Shown: positions 21,564 to 31,724, numbered from the stretch's first letter. The stretch is DNA of 44,271 bases from Soehngenia sp. (GCA_035406565.1 DAONLG010000001.1:1-44271); one strand, 5' to 3'. The notes: generated by a model from the letters alone, not told the origin. Program-made: numbers and translations.

Positions 21564-22179
21564 ATTTTTTAGTCCTCAAAATATTATTTAAAAATGATTT
21601 CCTATGCATATCCGAAACACCGTATTTTCTTATCAATTCTATATGTTCTGCAGTACCATAGCCTTTATTCTTATATAATTTATATTGCGGGTATAATTTA
21701 TCCCATTCATTACATAGATTGTCTCTATAAACTTTTGCAACAATTGATGCACATGAAACATGATGGATCAAGTCATCTGCATGGTTTAACGAAATTTGAT
21801 CAATAGGCAAATCTAACCTTTCAGCATCGACTATTGCTATGATTTTATCTGTTGAAATTTTATTTTTTTGGAGGAGATTAGTAATCGCATCCTTCATTGC
21901 AAGCTTAGTTGCTTGCTTAATATTTATTTCGTCTATAGTCTTATTGTCAATGCAGCATATTGAATAATCAATACAGTAACTCATAATTATATCATTCAAA
22001 TACTCTCTTTTCTTTGAAGATAATTTTTTAGAGTCCTTGACATCTAGTATATGAAAATATTTTGGCAAGATTATCGCACATGCTGTGACATCTCCAAATA
22101 AAGAGCCTCTTCCAACCTCATCAACACCAAAGATGTAATCATACCCTTTTTTATACAATTCTAATTCAATTTCATTCAT
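21556..22179 (-). CDS. rnhB: Ribonuclease HII
   Basis: GVDEVGRG, DSKKL, ASIVAKVYRD, NKGYGT and HRKSF motifs. Confidence 0.95.
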   Translation of the reverse strand: MNEIELELYKKGYDYIFGVDEVGRGSLFGDVTACAIILPKYFHILDVKDSKKLSSKKREYLNDIIMSYCIDYSICCIDNKTIDEINIKQATKLAMKDAITNLLQKNKISTDKIIAIVDAERLDLPIDQISLNHADDLIHHVSCASIVAKVYRDNLCNEWDKLYPQYKLYKNKGYGTAEHIELIRKYGVSDMHRKSFLNNILRTKKYE

Positions 22180-22181
22180 AT

Positions 22182-23003
22182 TTATACCTCTTGCGGACTT
22201 TCTAGTGAAATTTTCCCTAATAAGCCTTTTCTAAAATCATCAACTATTATATTCGCAGCCTTTTCTAAATCGATATTAGACCCTTTCAATAAGCACCCTC
22301 TTTTTATAGCAATTTTTTCTAGTGTGCCATAAGGATCTGCGCTATTACTATCGAGATTATATCGTTTAATTATTAACGTTTCATTTATTGCATTCAGCTT
22401 ATCAATTAATTTTAGTGAAAGAGTTACAGTATCTAATATCTCATCCTTTATGGATCCTACAAATGCCAGATTTAGGCCAACGTTTTCCTCCTCGAATTTT
22501 GGCCACAACACACCTGGAGTGTCTAATAGATAAATACCATCATTCGCATTAATCCATTGTATGGATTTAGTAATGCCTGGTTTATTCCCTGTCTTTGTAG
22601 ACTTTCTATTTGCTATTCTATTAATTAATGTAGATTTACCAACATTTGGGATTCCTACAATCATGACTTTAACAATATTTTTATCTATTGTTTTTTTGGT
22701 TAAATTTACTAATTCATCAATGCCTTTGCCACTTAACGAATTAAGGAATACACAATTAATCCCATTATTATTATAATAATTTTTCCATTTATTGTTTATC
22801 TCTGGATCTGCTAGGTCAGACTTATTTAGAATGATTATTCTCTTTTTCTTGCCTAATATAGAATTAATTGAAGGGTTTTGGCTACTGTAGGGAATTCTAG
22901 CATCCAATAATTCATAAACTATATCTACTAGTTTTAAATTTGATTTTATTGATTCGGTAGTCTTCTTCATATGCCCCGGGTACCAATTTATATTAATGTT
23001 CAT
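22182..23003 (-). CDS. rbgA: Ribosome biogenesis GTPase RbgA (YlqF)
   Basis: WYPGHMKK and circularly permuted G motifs NKSD, GIPNVGKS and DTPG. Confidence 0.97.
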   Translation of the reverse strand: MNININWYPGHMKKTTESIKSNLKLVDIVYELLDARIPYSSQNPSINSILGKKKRIIILNKSDLADPEINNKWKNYYNNNGINCVFLNSLSGKGIDELVNLTKKTIDKNIVKVMIVGIPNVGKSTLINRIANRKSTKTGNKPGITKSIQWINANDGIYLLDTPGVLWPKFEEENVGLNLAFVGSIKDEILDTVTLSLKLIDKLNAINETLIIKRYNLDSNSADPYGTLEKIAIKRGCLLKGSNIDLEKAANIIVDDFRKGLLGKISLESPQEV

Positions 23004-23021
23004 ATCATCACCACTTTAAAT

Positions 23022-23048
23022 ACAAAAATTGGGACTTATTAAGTCCCA
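23022..23048 (-). terminator. Terminator after rplS
   Basis: Minus strand reads TGGGACTT-aat-AAGTCCCA followed by ATTTTTGT. Confidence 0.72.
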
Positions 23049-23396
23049 TTAGTAAAATCTCTTTTCTTTAACCTTAGCTGATTTACCTTGTCTATCTCTT
23101 AAGTAATACAATTTTGCTCTTCTTACCTTGCCTTTTCTGATTACTGCAATCTTATCGATTCTTGGAGAGTTAATAGGGAATGTTCTCTCAACACCAATAC
23201 CATAAGAAATTCTTCTTACTGTAAATGTTTTTCTAGATCCTTCTCCTTGTATCTTTAGTACAGTACCTTCAAATACTTGAATTCTTTCTCTAGAACCTTC
23301 AATTACCTTGTAAAACACTTGAATAGTATCTCCAACATTAAATTGAGGTAAATCTTTTCTTATTTGTTCTGCTTCAATTGATTTTATAATGTCCAT
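23049..23396 (-). CDS. rplS: 50S ribosomal protein L19
   Basis: [26 protein letters not shown] and [12 protein letters not shown] motifs. Start moved to ATG 23396 (GGGAGG RBS), giving 115 aa. Confidence 0.98.
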   Translation of the reverse strand: MDIIKSIEAEQIRKDLPQFNVGDTIQVFYKVIEGSRERIQVFEGTVLKIQGEGSRKTFTVRRISYGIGVERTFPINSPRIDKIAVIRKGKVRRAKLYYLRDRQGKSAKVKEKRFY

Positions 23397-23417
23397 CATT
23401 ATCCTCCCTTCTTTGAA

Positions 23418-23441
23418 TGTTCTTGTAAAAACAGAGGAACA
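23418..23441 (-). promoter_or_regulatory. L19 leader-like hairpin
   Basis: TGTTCCTCTGTTTTTACAAGAACA lies between the promoter and RBS of rplS; its GTTC...GAAC closing stem resembles the L19 leader. Confidence 0.6.
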
Positions 23442-23461
23442 CACATATTTACATGAAATGT

Positions 23462-23490
23462 ATTATAACATAGTTGAAATTCTAATACAA
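23462..23490 (-). promoter_or_regulatory. SigA promoter of rplS
   Basis: TTGTAT-N17-TATAAT with extended -10 (TGt). Confidence 0.72.
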
Positions 23491-23497
23491 TAAAACT

Positions 23498-24223
23498 TTA
23501 AATGTTTTTAATTATATCTTCAATTACGGTACTTGTGGAATCATCTAATTTATTGCTACAGATGATATCTGGCCTATTTAATAATGTTATATATAAGGAG
23601 TTAACAATTCTCCACTTTTTAATTTTCATATGATCCCCACTGAGAAGAACTTTAGGTACTCTCTTACCTCTAAAATTTTCAGGTCTAGTGTATTGAGGAT
23701 ATTCTAATAATCCTTTGTAAAATGATTCATTTTCAAATGATTCATTTGAAGCTAATACGCCCGGCAACAGCCTAACAATTGAATCAATCATTACCATAGC
23801 AGGTATCTCTCCACCTGTTAAAACATAATCTCCGATAGAAATTTCTTCGTCAACATAATTTTCAACTATTCTATTATCAATTCCTTCATAATGGCCAGAA
23901 AGTAGAATGATATGTTCTTTTCTAGCTAGATTTTTAACAATATCTTGATTCAACAGCTTACCTTTAGGAGATAAGTAGACGATATGAGATTTTTCTGTTT
24001 TACAGCTCATGATAGCGTCATAAACTGGTTCTGGTTTTAAAATCATTCCAGGGCCTCCTCCATAAGGATAGTCATCAACCCTTTTATGCTTATCCTTTGA
24101 AAAATCTCTTATATTTACAGTATTTAGAACAAATTTGTTGTTTTCCAAAGCTCTCCCAATAATACTGTAATTATAAAGATATGAGAAAACCTCAGGAAAC
24201 AATGTTAATATATCAATAATCAT
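23498..24223 (-). CDS. trmD: tRNA (guanine37-N1)-methyltransferase
   Basis: VDDYPYGGGPGM, GHYEGIDNR, SIGDYVLTGGE and PQYTRP motifs. Confidence 0.98.
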   Translation of the reverse strand: MIIDILTLFPEVFSYLYNYSIIGRALENNKFVLNTVNIRDFSKDKHKRVDDYPYGGGPGMILKPEPVYDAIMSCKTEKSHIVYLSPKGKLLNQDIVKNLARKEHIILLSGHYEGIDNRIVENYVDEEISIGDYVLTGGEIPAMVMIDSIVRLLPGVLASNESFENESFYKGLLEYPQYTRPENFRGKRVPKVLLSGDHMKIKKWRIVNSLYITLLNRPDIICSNKLDDSTSTVIEDIIKNI

Positions 24224-24720
24224 TCTAACATTCCTTCTATAGGATCAATAATAATTAATTTATCTTTAATGTTGACTTCAACAATAAATCTTTTAACAGC
24301 AGGTATCAAGTAGTCCTTACCTTCATCATTAGTTATTACATATACATCATTTGCATTCCCAGTAATAACATCAGTCACTTTCCCAATAAGATCATTTGAT
24401 AGATTAAATACAGTGCAATTGATGAGATCTGAAATAAAATACCTATCTTCTGGTAATTCCACTTTGTCATATTCATCTACATAAAGGTATTTGCCTTTAT
24501 ACACTTCGGATTTATTAATATCATCTAAACCTTTAAATTTAATTATAGCCATGCCTTTATGAATTTTTACTGACTCAATGTAATATAATTCTTTTTCATC
24601 TCCTAAATAAGCTTTACTTAAATGGAAGAATCTATTTATATCATCTGTAAGAGGATAAACTTTTAAATCACCTTTTATCCCATGAGTATTAGTAACCATT
24701 CCTACTACAGTATAATCCAT
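24220..24720 (-). CDS. rimM: 16S rRNA processing protein RimM
   Basis: THGIKGDLKV, ANDVYV and LIPAV motifs; in rpsP-khpA-rimM-trmD order. Confidence 0.95.
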   Translation of the reverse strand: MDYTVVGMVTNTHGIKGDLKVYPLTDDINRFFHLSKAYLGDEKELYYIESVKIHKGMAIIKFKGLDDINKSEVYKGKYLYVDEYDKVELPEDRYFISDLINCTVFNLSNDLIGKVTDVITGNANDVYVITNDEGKDYLIPAVKRFIVEVNIKDKLIIIDPIEGMLE

Positions 24721-24743
24721 CTATCCACCTGAATTCTAAAAGA

Positions 24744-24974
24744 TTATTGAATTATTTCAACAACTACTCTTTTATTTTGTTTTATTGCTGCTGCCTTAAC
24801 TACGGTTCTAATAGCTTTAGCAATTCTTCCTTGCTTGCCTATTACTTTGCCCATATCTTCAGGTGCAACTTTTAATTCAATAATTACAGATTGAGAGCCT
24901 TCAATCTCATTTACTTTAACTTCATCAGGATTATCAACTAAGCTTTTTGCTATAAATTCTACTAATTCTCCCAT
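24744..24974 (-). CDS. khpA: KH-domain RNA-binding protein KhpA (YlqC)
   Basis: DMGKVIGKQGRIAKAIRT motif. Start moved to ATG 24974 (GGAGG RBS). Confidence 0.94.
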   Translation of the reverse strand: MGELVEFIAKSLVDNPDEVKVNEIEGSQSVIIELKVAPEDMGKVIGKQGRIAKAIRTVVKAAAIKQNKRVVVEIIQ

Positions 24975-24991
24975 AGTTAAAACCTCCATAC

Positions 24992-25261
24992 CTATTTGTC
25001 GGCATCTTCTTTATTTGTTTCATAAATTCCACTTTCTTTAAATAGTTTTTCAACTGTTTCAGTTGGTTTAGCACCGTTTTTTATCCATTGAAGTGCTTTT
25101 TCATTGTCAACTTTTATTGTCTTTGGTTCTGTAAGCGGATTGTAATAACCAATTTCTTCAATGAATCTACCATCTCTAGGGGATCTAGAATCAGCTACTA
25201 TTATTCTATAAAAAGGATTCTTTTTAGCTCCCATTCTTTTTAGTCTTATTTTAACTGCCAT
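24992..25261 (-). CDS. rpsP: 30S ribosomal protein S16
   Basis: [35 protein letters not shown]. Confidence 0.98.
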   Translation of the reverse strand: MAVKIRLKRMGAKKNPFYRIIVADSRSPRDGRFIEEIGYYNPLTEPKTIKVDNEKALQWIKNGAKPTETVEKLFKESGIYETNKEDADK

Positions 25262-25291
25262 TATTTCACCTCCTAATTATATATTATCTAT

Positions 25292-26632
25292 TTAGAAAAA
25301 GGGGAACTGAAATTTCCCTTTTTTCTTCGGTACTTTAGAAAACTCGTTGAACTTTTTCATGAGCTTCTTTGTTTCTTTAAATTGTTTCAAAAGTTTATTT
25401 ACATCTTGAATTGATGTACCACTGCCTTTAGCAATTCTTTGTCTTCTGCTACTATCAATAATATCTGGATTAGATCTTTCTTTTTTTGTCATAGATTTAA
25501 TTATCGCTTCAATTCTGACCAATTCTTTCTCATCTACATTTAAACCCTTTAATTGTTTTGATCCAATACCCGGAATCATCTCTAGAATATCACTAAGTGG
25601 TCCCATGTTTTTCATTTGTTCGAGTTGATCCAAGAAATCATCCAATGTAAATGAAGCATTTCTCATCTTTTTCTCAAGTTCTAAAGCTTTTTTTTCATCA
25701 AAGCTAGCCTGAGCTTTCTCAATTAATCCAAGTACATCTCCCATTCCTAAAATCCTCGACGCCATTCTATCTGGATAAAAGGGCTCTAATTGATCCAGCT
25801 TTTCTCCCATTCCAACAAATTTAATAGGTTTATGCGTTACTGATCTTAGTGATAATGCAGCACCACCTCGAGCATCTCCATCCATCTTTGTTAAGACAAC
25901 ACCTGTTATATCTAGCTTTTCATTAAATGCTTCCGCAACATTGACTGCATCCTGACCTGTCATTGCGTCAAGAACTAACAGTATTTCATTCGGATTAGTC
26001 ACATTTTTTATGGTAAATATTTCTTCCATTAAATCTGTGTCAATGTGCAATCTACCGGCTGTATCTATTATAACCACGTCATTTCCATTTTTAATGGCAT
26101 GCTCTATTCCTGCTTTAGCAATATCTATGGGGCTAACATTTGTACCCATAGAAAAGACTGGTACTCCAACTTTTTCTCCAACTACCTCTAATTGTTTGAT
26201 AGCAGCTGGTCTATATACATCACAAGCTACTAGCAATGGTCTTTTATTTTGTTTTTTTAAGTTAAATGCTAACTTACCAGATGTCGTTGTCTTCCCAGAG
26301 CCTTGCAAACCACACATTAGAATAATAGTAGGAGGTTTTGATGCAAAATTTAGTTTTTCTTCTTTTTCTCCCATTAACTTTGTTAACTCATCATACACGA
26401 TTTTTATTACTTGCTGACCGGGATTTAAACTTTCTAAGACTTCCGATCCTAAGGCTCTTTCTTTTATATCAGAAATAAAATCTTTGACTACTTTATAATT
26501 TACATCTGCTTCTAACAATGCTAAACGAACTTCTCTTAGCGCAAGGTCAAGGTCTTTCTCTGTTATCTTACCTTTTCCTCTTAATTTGTCTAATGAATTT
26601 TGTAATTTTTCAGATAAACTTTCAAATATCAA
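25292..26632 (-). CDS. ffh: Signal recognition particle protein Ffh
   Basis: ALLEADV, GLQGSGKTT, DTAGR, TKMDGDARGGAALS and M-domain SRRQRIAKGSG motifs. Confidence 0.98.
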   Translation of the reverse strand: MIFESLSEKLQNSLDKLRGKGKITEKDLDLALREVRLALLEADVNYKVVKDFISDIKERALGSEVLESLNPGQQVIKIVYDELTKLMGEKEEKLNFASKPPTIILMCGLQGSGKTTTSGKLAFNLKKQNKRPLLVACDVYRPAAIKQLEVVGEKVGVPVFSMGTNVSPIDIAKAGIEHAIKNGNDVVIIDTAGRLHIDTDLMEEIFTIKNVTNPNEILLVLDAMTGQDAVNVAEAFNEKLDITGVVLTKMDGDARGGAALSLRSVTHKPIKFVGMGEKLDQLEPFYPDRMASRILGMGDVLGLIEKAQASFDEKKALELEKKMRNASFTLDDFLDQLEQMKNMGPLSDILEMIPGIGSKQLKGLNVDEKELVRIEAIIKSMTKKERSNPDIIDSSRRQRIAKGSGTSIQDVNKLLKQFKETKKLMKKFNEFSKVPKKKGKFQFPFF

Positions 26633-26650
26633 TATTTGAACCTCCCCATA

Positions 26651-27010
26651 CTAGTAAAGGATTTTTCTTATTGTAGAGTTTATGTTTTGTGCTATTTCAA
26701 TTATTCTTTCTTCATTAATTTCTGAACCTATATATATTATTTGGTCAACTAATTTCTCGATATCCTTTATACTTCTTTCGGTATTATAAAATCTACTAGC
26801 TAATCCTAAAACATCTTCATATTCTAATAGTTTTTCTTCAGCTCTTTTAAGTATGTCGAAAACAGCTTGCCTAGTAATCTTCATTTCTTCTGCAATTTCA
26901 CTTAAGGACAAATCATTATTGTAGTACATATCTATAACATCATATTGTTTTTTGCTCAATAACTTCCCATAAAAATCAAACAATATACTAATTTTTATCA
27001 GCTTATCCAT
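26651..27010 (-). CDS. ylxM: YlxM (UPF0122) HTH protein, SRP-associated
   Basis: LFDFYGKLLSKKQ, DLSLSEIAE and ITRQAVFD motifs; directly upstream of ffh. Confidence 0.93.
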   Translation of the reverse strand: MDKLIKISILFDFYGKLLSKKQYDVIDMYYNNDLSLSEIAEEMKITRQAVFDILKRAEEKLLEYEDVLGLASRFYNTERSIKDIEKLVDQIIYIGSEINEERIIEIAQNINSTIRKILY

Positions 27011-27056
27011 TTTATCACCACGTTCTCAGTCTGTCAAGTATTTATCTTGACAGACT
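27009..27056 (-). promoter_or_regulatory. 11-bp inverted repeat containing TTGACA, plus an overlapping consensus SigA promoter
   Basis: AGTCTGTCAAG-N7-CTTGACAGACT (27028-27056). Minus strand reads TTGACA(27037-27032)-N17-TAAAAT(27014-27009) with a TG extension. Confidence 0.65.
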
Positions 27057-27079
27057 AAATATTAATTTTATATTTAGTT

Positions 27080-28123
27080 TTATTCAAAGATTGAATTAAT
27101 AAAAACATCTACGTCAAAAGGTTGAAGATCTTCAATTCCTTCGCCAACCCCAATTAATTTTATCGGTAAATTCAATTCGGCTTGAAGTGCTATAGCTATG
27201 CCGCCTTTAGCTGTACCATCTAACTTAGTTAAAATAACACCCGTTATATTGCTTACTTCTTTGAATACTTTTGCTTGATTTATTGCGTTTTGACCTGTAG
27301 TAGCATCAAGAACTAACAATATTTCCTTCGTTGATTCTGGGTATTCCTTTTCAACAACTCTGAATATTTTATTTAGCTCATTCATTAAATTAGATTTATT
27401 ATGGAGTCTTCCTGCAGTGTCGCAAATTAATACATCTACATTTTTAGCTTTAGCTTTTTTAATTGCATCAAAAATAACAGCAGCAGGATCAGATCCCTCT
27501 TGATGTGATACAACTTCTACATTTGCTTTATTGCCCCATGCCATTAGCTGATCAATTGCAGCTGCTCGGAAAGTGTCGCCTGCAGCTAACAGTACGCTCT
27601 TGCCTGAATTCTTTATATTATAAGCTAGCTTTCCTATCGTTGTTGTTTTACCAACCCCATTTACGCCTACAACTAAAATTAAACTTGGAGTCGGATCTAA
27701 TTTTATAGAATTATTGTCAACACTACTAAGCATTATATTTTTAACTTCTTCTTTTAATAAGTTTTTTATTTCATAAGGATCTGTAATTTTGTTATCCTTT
27801 GCTTTTTCTTTTAAACTCTCTATTATTTTCATAGTTGAAGCTATTCCAACATCTGCTGTAATCAATATCTCTTCTAACTCATCAAATAGCTCTTCATCAA
27901 CTTTTCTATGTGATTTTATCACATCATCTATTTTACCGCTTATGTTTTTACGTGTCTTTGATAGTCCATTTTTTACTTTCTCGAAAATTGAATTTCTTTT
28001 CTTCAAATTATTTTCTGACTCAGTAAATGATTCTTGCTCTATTTTAGATACAGCAGGAGTATCAGGAGTATCTTGTTCTTTAATAATTTTATCATCTTTA
28101 GGCGTTTTTTTAAAAAATCCCAT
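27080..28123 (-). CDS. ftsY: SRP receptor FtsY
   Basis: GVNGVGKTTT, DTFRAAA, DTAGRLH and TKLDGTAKGG motifs. Confidence 0.98.
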   Translation of the reverse strand: MGFFKKTPKDDKIIKEQDTPDTPAVSKIEQESFTESENNLKKRNSIFEKVKNGLSKTRKNISGKIDDVIKSHRKVDEELFDELEEILITADVGIASTMKIIESLKEKAKDNKITDPYEIKNLLKEEVKNIMLSSVDNNSIKLDPTPSLILVVGVNGVGKTTTIGKLAYNIKNSGKSVLLAAGDTFRAAAIDQLMAWGNKANVEVVSHQEGSDPAAVIFDAIKKAKAKNVDVLICDTAGRLHNKSNLMNELNKIFRVVEKEYPESTKEILLVLDATTGQNAINQAKVFKEVSNITGVILTKLDGTAKGGIAIALQAELNLPIKLIGVGEGIEDLQPFDVDVFINSIFE

Positions 28124-28126
28124 AAT

Positions 28127-31100
28127 TTAAGCCTCCTTAATAATTTCACTAGAATCTTCGTTATATTCATCAAGTTTTATAGACAATACTTTGCTAATAC
28201 CTTCGTCTTGCATACTTATTCCATATAAAGATTCTGCTATCTCCATAGATGTTTTTCTGTGTGTTATCAATATAAATTGAGTATTGTCTTTAAATTTTGA
28301 TAGATATGAAGTAAATCTCATTATATTAGCTTCATCTAAAGCAGCATCTATTTCGTCTAGGACGCAAAAAGGCGATGGCTTTGTTTTTAGTATTGCAAAT
28401 AAAAGAGCTATTGCTGTTAATGATTTTTCTCCACCTGAAAGTAGAGATAAGTTTTGCATTTTCTTACCTGGCGGTTGTATCATGATTTGAATATCATTAT
28501 TTTCAAAGTCATCTTCATCACTCATGATGAGATTAGCACTTCCCCCGCCAAACAATTCCTTGTATATACTATTAAAATTTTTATCTATTTGTTTAATAGT
28601 GTGTAAATATTGTTTTTTTATTTTTGTATTTATTTCTGCTATAACCTTTTCTACATCAGTCTTTGCTTTTATTAAATCATCAAGCTGATCTGAGAGAAAT
28701 TCATACCTTTCCTTTACTCTTTCATATTCATCAATTGATGCTAAATTAACTCCTTCAAATTTACTTAGTTCATTCTTTAATAATTGTAAATTATCACTGT
28801 TGTTGGCATTGTGATCATCAATTATTAATTCACTATTATCAATTTCTGCTATATTTTCTTTATATTCATCGCTTATTCTTTGTATTAAGTTATTAAGGTT
28901 AATTTCTGCTTTAGCAAGATCAACCTCAATTATATTAATCTCTTTTTCTATTTTAGATAATTTCTTATTTTCATCATTTAATGAATCTTGTAATTTGTAA
29001 TAATCTTTTTTAGTTGTTTCTCTCTTCATTAATATTTTTTCTAATATGTTTTTTTCTTCTTCTTCTAGATTTTCTAATTCTTTGATTTGTTCTTTTATTT
29101 TAACCAATTGATTTTTATATCCTTCATTCTTATTATTCAAATCAGTAATCAAAATCTCATCTTGAGATATTTTTATATTTAAGTTGTCAATTTCCTGTTC
29201 TAATTTGATGATCTTAAGATTCATGTCATCTATGGACTTATTATCAATCTTTATTCTAAACTTAAAATCTGAAATCTGCATGTCAATCTCTGATAAATCC
29301 TTATTAATCTCTGAATTTAATAGCTTATAATGATTATTATTATTTCTTTCATTATCGATAGCTACCGAAATTTCACTAATTTTATTATTTAATTCAAATA
29401 ATTTTTTATCTAAACGTTCTAATTCCTTTAGTAAATCATTTTTTTCGCTACCTTTTATACTAACTTCTTTACTGTTGAAAATTTCTTGAGACTTTCTTTG
29501 CTCAATCAAATTCTTAAGAGAATTCAACTCAATCATATAGGTGTCAAATTGATTCTTCATTTCTTTAATTTTTGTAGCTTTTTCTTGTTCATTATCTGAT
29601 ACAGACTCTTTTTTAGATTTTAATGAGTTTAATTCATCATCAATATTAGAAAGCTTATCATTGAGTTCTTCTATCGCTACTTTTCTAATGAGCATACCAT
29701 GACTTTCATTAGATTTATTCCCTCCAGTTATACTACCACCAGGTGAAATAACATCCCCATCTAATGTTACTAATCTGTATTTTCGATTGGTTTCTTTGCT
29801 GAATTTCAATGCATTATCTAAATTATCAACTATAATTGTCTTTCCAAGTAAATAGGAAAATACATTTTCTAATCGATTTTCATATTCGATAACTTCGTTT
29901 GCTAAACCAATAATTCCAAAATATACTTTATCGTAATTATCTATATTTACGGAACTTTTATTTACAGCATCAATTGGCAAAAAAGTAGCTCTTCCCTTTT
30001 TACCATTCTTTAAAAAATCAATAAATTTCTTAGCACTCTCTTCATTTTTTACAACTATATTTTGAATTGATGAACCTAATGCAATCTCAATTGCTTTAGC
30101 ATATTTTTTTTCTACTTTGAACAAATCTTTTACAATCCCAATAAAAGTATTATTATAATTCTCATCACGTTTAATTAATTTTAATATTTCTTTTGTACTA
30201 TTATAATATCCTTCTAAATTTGATTCTAAATCTAAATAGAGTTTTAATGTTGTAAAAGTTTTAATCCTGTCTTGTTCTAATTTATTAATTTTAACCTCAA
30301 GACTTGAAAGCTCAGAATGAATCTGCTCCTTATCAAGCTCGAGCTCATCTATAGCTGTAGTTAATCTATTTATTTCACTATTTAATAGATGAATTCTGTC
30401 ATTCATCTTTGAAATTTCAATATTTAAATTATTATTTGATTGGCTGTATTCTGATATTGAAAGCTCTATTTTTTCAATTCTATGCTTAATATTCGCAATA
30501 AAAGTTTCAACACTAGAAATCTCACTTCTAACTTCAGAATAATATGTATGCAATTTTAGCATATTCTCGTCTGATAATTTAAGTGATTTTGTGTTTTCTT
30601 CAAGTCTCTTTTTTAATTCAACTTTTGATTCTTCTAAAATTTGAAGCTCATTTAGAGCATCTTCACAGTCTTTTCTTAAATCATCTATTTGACTAGATAA
30701 TATTTGAATTTCTTTCTTATTTGATGCTATGCTCTCTTTTGTTGTTAATAGTTCGTTATTGAGTCTTTCTATTTCATTATTATTGTGAGATATTTTTTCT
30801 AATGTGATCGCTTCAGCATTCTTGGTTTTTTCATAATTTTGAATTGTTTCAAGTTTAATATTCCTCTTATCTTCAATCAATCTCTCTATGTCATTTAACT
30901 TATTTTGCCACTTTTGTTGTTCAAAATCTATGGATTTAATTTTATTCTCAATTAGATTTTTAGCGTCAATGCATTTCTTTAATTCTTGATTTTTTTCCTC
31001 AATATATTTTGTGAGCTCATTAAAACTACTTTTTGATAAACACAAATCAATTTTCTTGATCTTATCAAAAAGTGACAAATAAGCCCTAGCTTTTTCAGCT

Positions 31101-31723
31101 TCCCTTTGTAAATTAGATCTTTGATTATCTACTTCGCTAAGCAGATCTGAAATTCTCATAATATTAGCATTTGTCTTATCAAGTTTTCTGGAGGCGTCTT
31201 GTTTGTTTAATTTATATTTTACAATTCCTGCAGCTTCTTCGAAAATAAGTCTCCTGTTCTCTGGGTGGGAAGAGATTATATCTTCTATTTTCCCTTGTCC
31301 AATAATAGAATATCCTTCTTTCCCGATTCCTGTATCCGCGAATAGTTCTTTAATATCCTTTAATCTACACGAATTCTTATTTATAAAGAACTCACTGTCA
31401 CCAGAGCGATACATTCGCCTTGAAATACTTATTTCACTATATTCTAGAGGTATAAAATTATCAGCATTATCAAAAATGATTGTAACTTCTGCAAAACCAA
31501 GTGGTTTTTTTTTCTCCGTTCCAGAGAAAATAACATCTTCCATTTTATTGCCCCTAAGATTTCGAATGCTCTGCTCACCAAGTACCCATCTTAAAGCATC
31601 TGCGATATTGCTTTTCCCACTGCCATTAGGGCCAACAATCGCAGTTATCTTCTGGTCGAAATTTATACTAGTACGTTCTGCAAAAGATTTAAATCCTTGA
31701 ATTTCTATCTTTTTTAAATACAA
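28127..31723 (-). CDS. smc: Chromosome partition protein Smc
   Basis: GFKSFA, Walker A GPNGSGKSN, long coiled coils, hinge GRATFLP, LSGGE and DEIDAALD motifs. Start moved to TTG 31723 (GAGGTG RBS). Confidence 0.97.
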   Translation of the reverse strand: MYLKKIEIQGFKSFAERTSINFDQKITAIVGPNGSGKSNIADALRWVLGEQSIRNLRGNKMEDVIFSGTEKKKPLGFAEVTIIFDNADNFIPLEYSEISISRRMYRSGDSEFFINKNSCRLKDIKELFADTGIGKEGYSIIGQGKIEDIISSHPENRRLIFEEAAGIVKYKLNKQDASRKLDKTNANIMRISDLLSEVDNQRSNLQREAEKARAYLSLFDKIKKIDLCLSKSSFNELTKYIEEKNQELKKCIDAKNLIENKIKSIDFEQQKWQNKLNDIERLIEDKRNIKLETIQNYEKTKNAEAITLEKISHNNNEIERLNNELLTTKESIASNKKEIQILSSQIDDLRKDCEDALNELQILEESKVELKKRLEENTKSLKLSDENMLKLHTYYSEVRSEISSVETFIANIKHRIEKIELSISEYSQSNNNLNIEISKMNDRIHLLNSEINRLTTAIDELELDKEQIHSELSSLEVKINKLEQDRIKTFTTLKLYLDLESNLEGYYNSTKEILKLIKRDENYNNTFIGIVKDLFKVEKKYAKAIEIALGSSIQNIVVKNEESAKKFIDFLKNGKKGRATFLPIDAVNKSSVNIDNYDKVYFGIIGLANEVIEYENRLENVFSYLLGKTIIVDNLDNALKFSKETNRKYRLVTLDGDVISPGGSITGGNKSNESHGMLIRKVAIEELNDKLSNIDDELNSLKSKKESVSDNEQEKATKIKEMKNQFDTYMIELNSLKNLIEQRKSQEIFNSKEVSIKGSEKNDLLKELERLDKKLFELNNKISEISVAIDNERNNNNHYKLLNSEINKDLSEIDMQISDFKFRIKIDNKSIDDMNLKIIKLEQEIDNLNIKISQDEILITDLNNKNEGYKNQLVKIKEQIKELENLEEEEKNILEKILMKRETTKKDYYKLQDSLNDENKKLSKIEKEINIIEVDLAKAEINLNNLIQRISDEYKENIAEIDNSELIIDDHNANNSDNLQLLKNELSKFEGVNLASIDEYERVKERYEFLSDQLDDLIKAKTDVEKVIAEINTKIKKQYLHTIKQIDKNFNSIYKELFGGGSANLIMSDEDDFENNDIQIMIQPPGKKMQNLSLLSGGEKSLTAIALLFAILKTKPSPFCVLDEIDAALDEANIMRFTSYLSKFKDNTQFILITHRKTSMEIAESLYGISMQDEGISKVLSIKLDEYNEDSSEIIKEA

Positions 31724-31724
31724 A

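Noticed and set aside
28700-31100. Very AT-rich, low-complexity stretch suggesting foreign DNA
   Set aside because: Explained by the Lys/Glu/Asn/Ile-rich coiled-coil arms of Smc in an uninterrupted frame.
21207-31723. YraN nuclease plus AAA+ ATPase, or the SMC protein, as a novel anti-phage or Wadjet-like system
   Set aside because: These are the standard yraN-comM pair and the housekeeping smc in canonical synteny, with no defence-associated partners.
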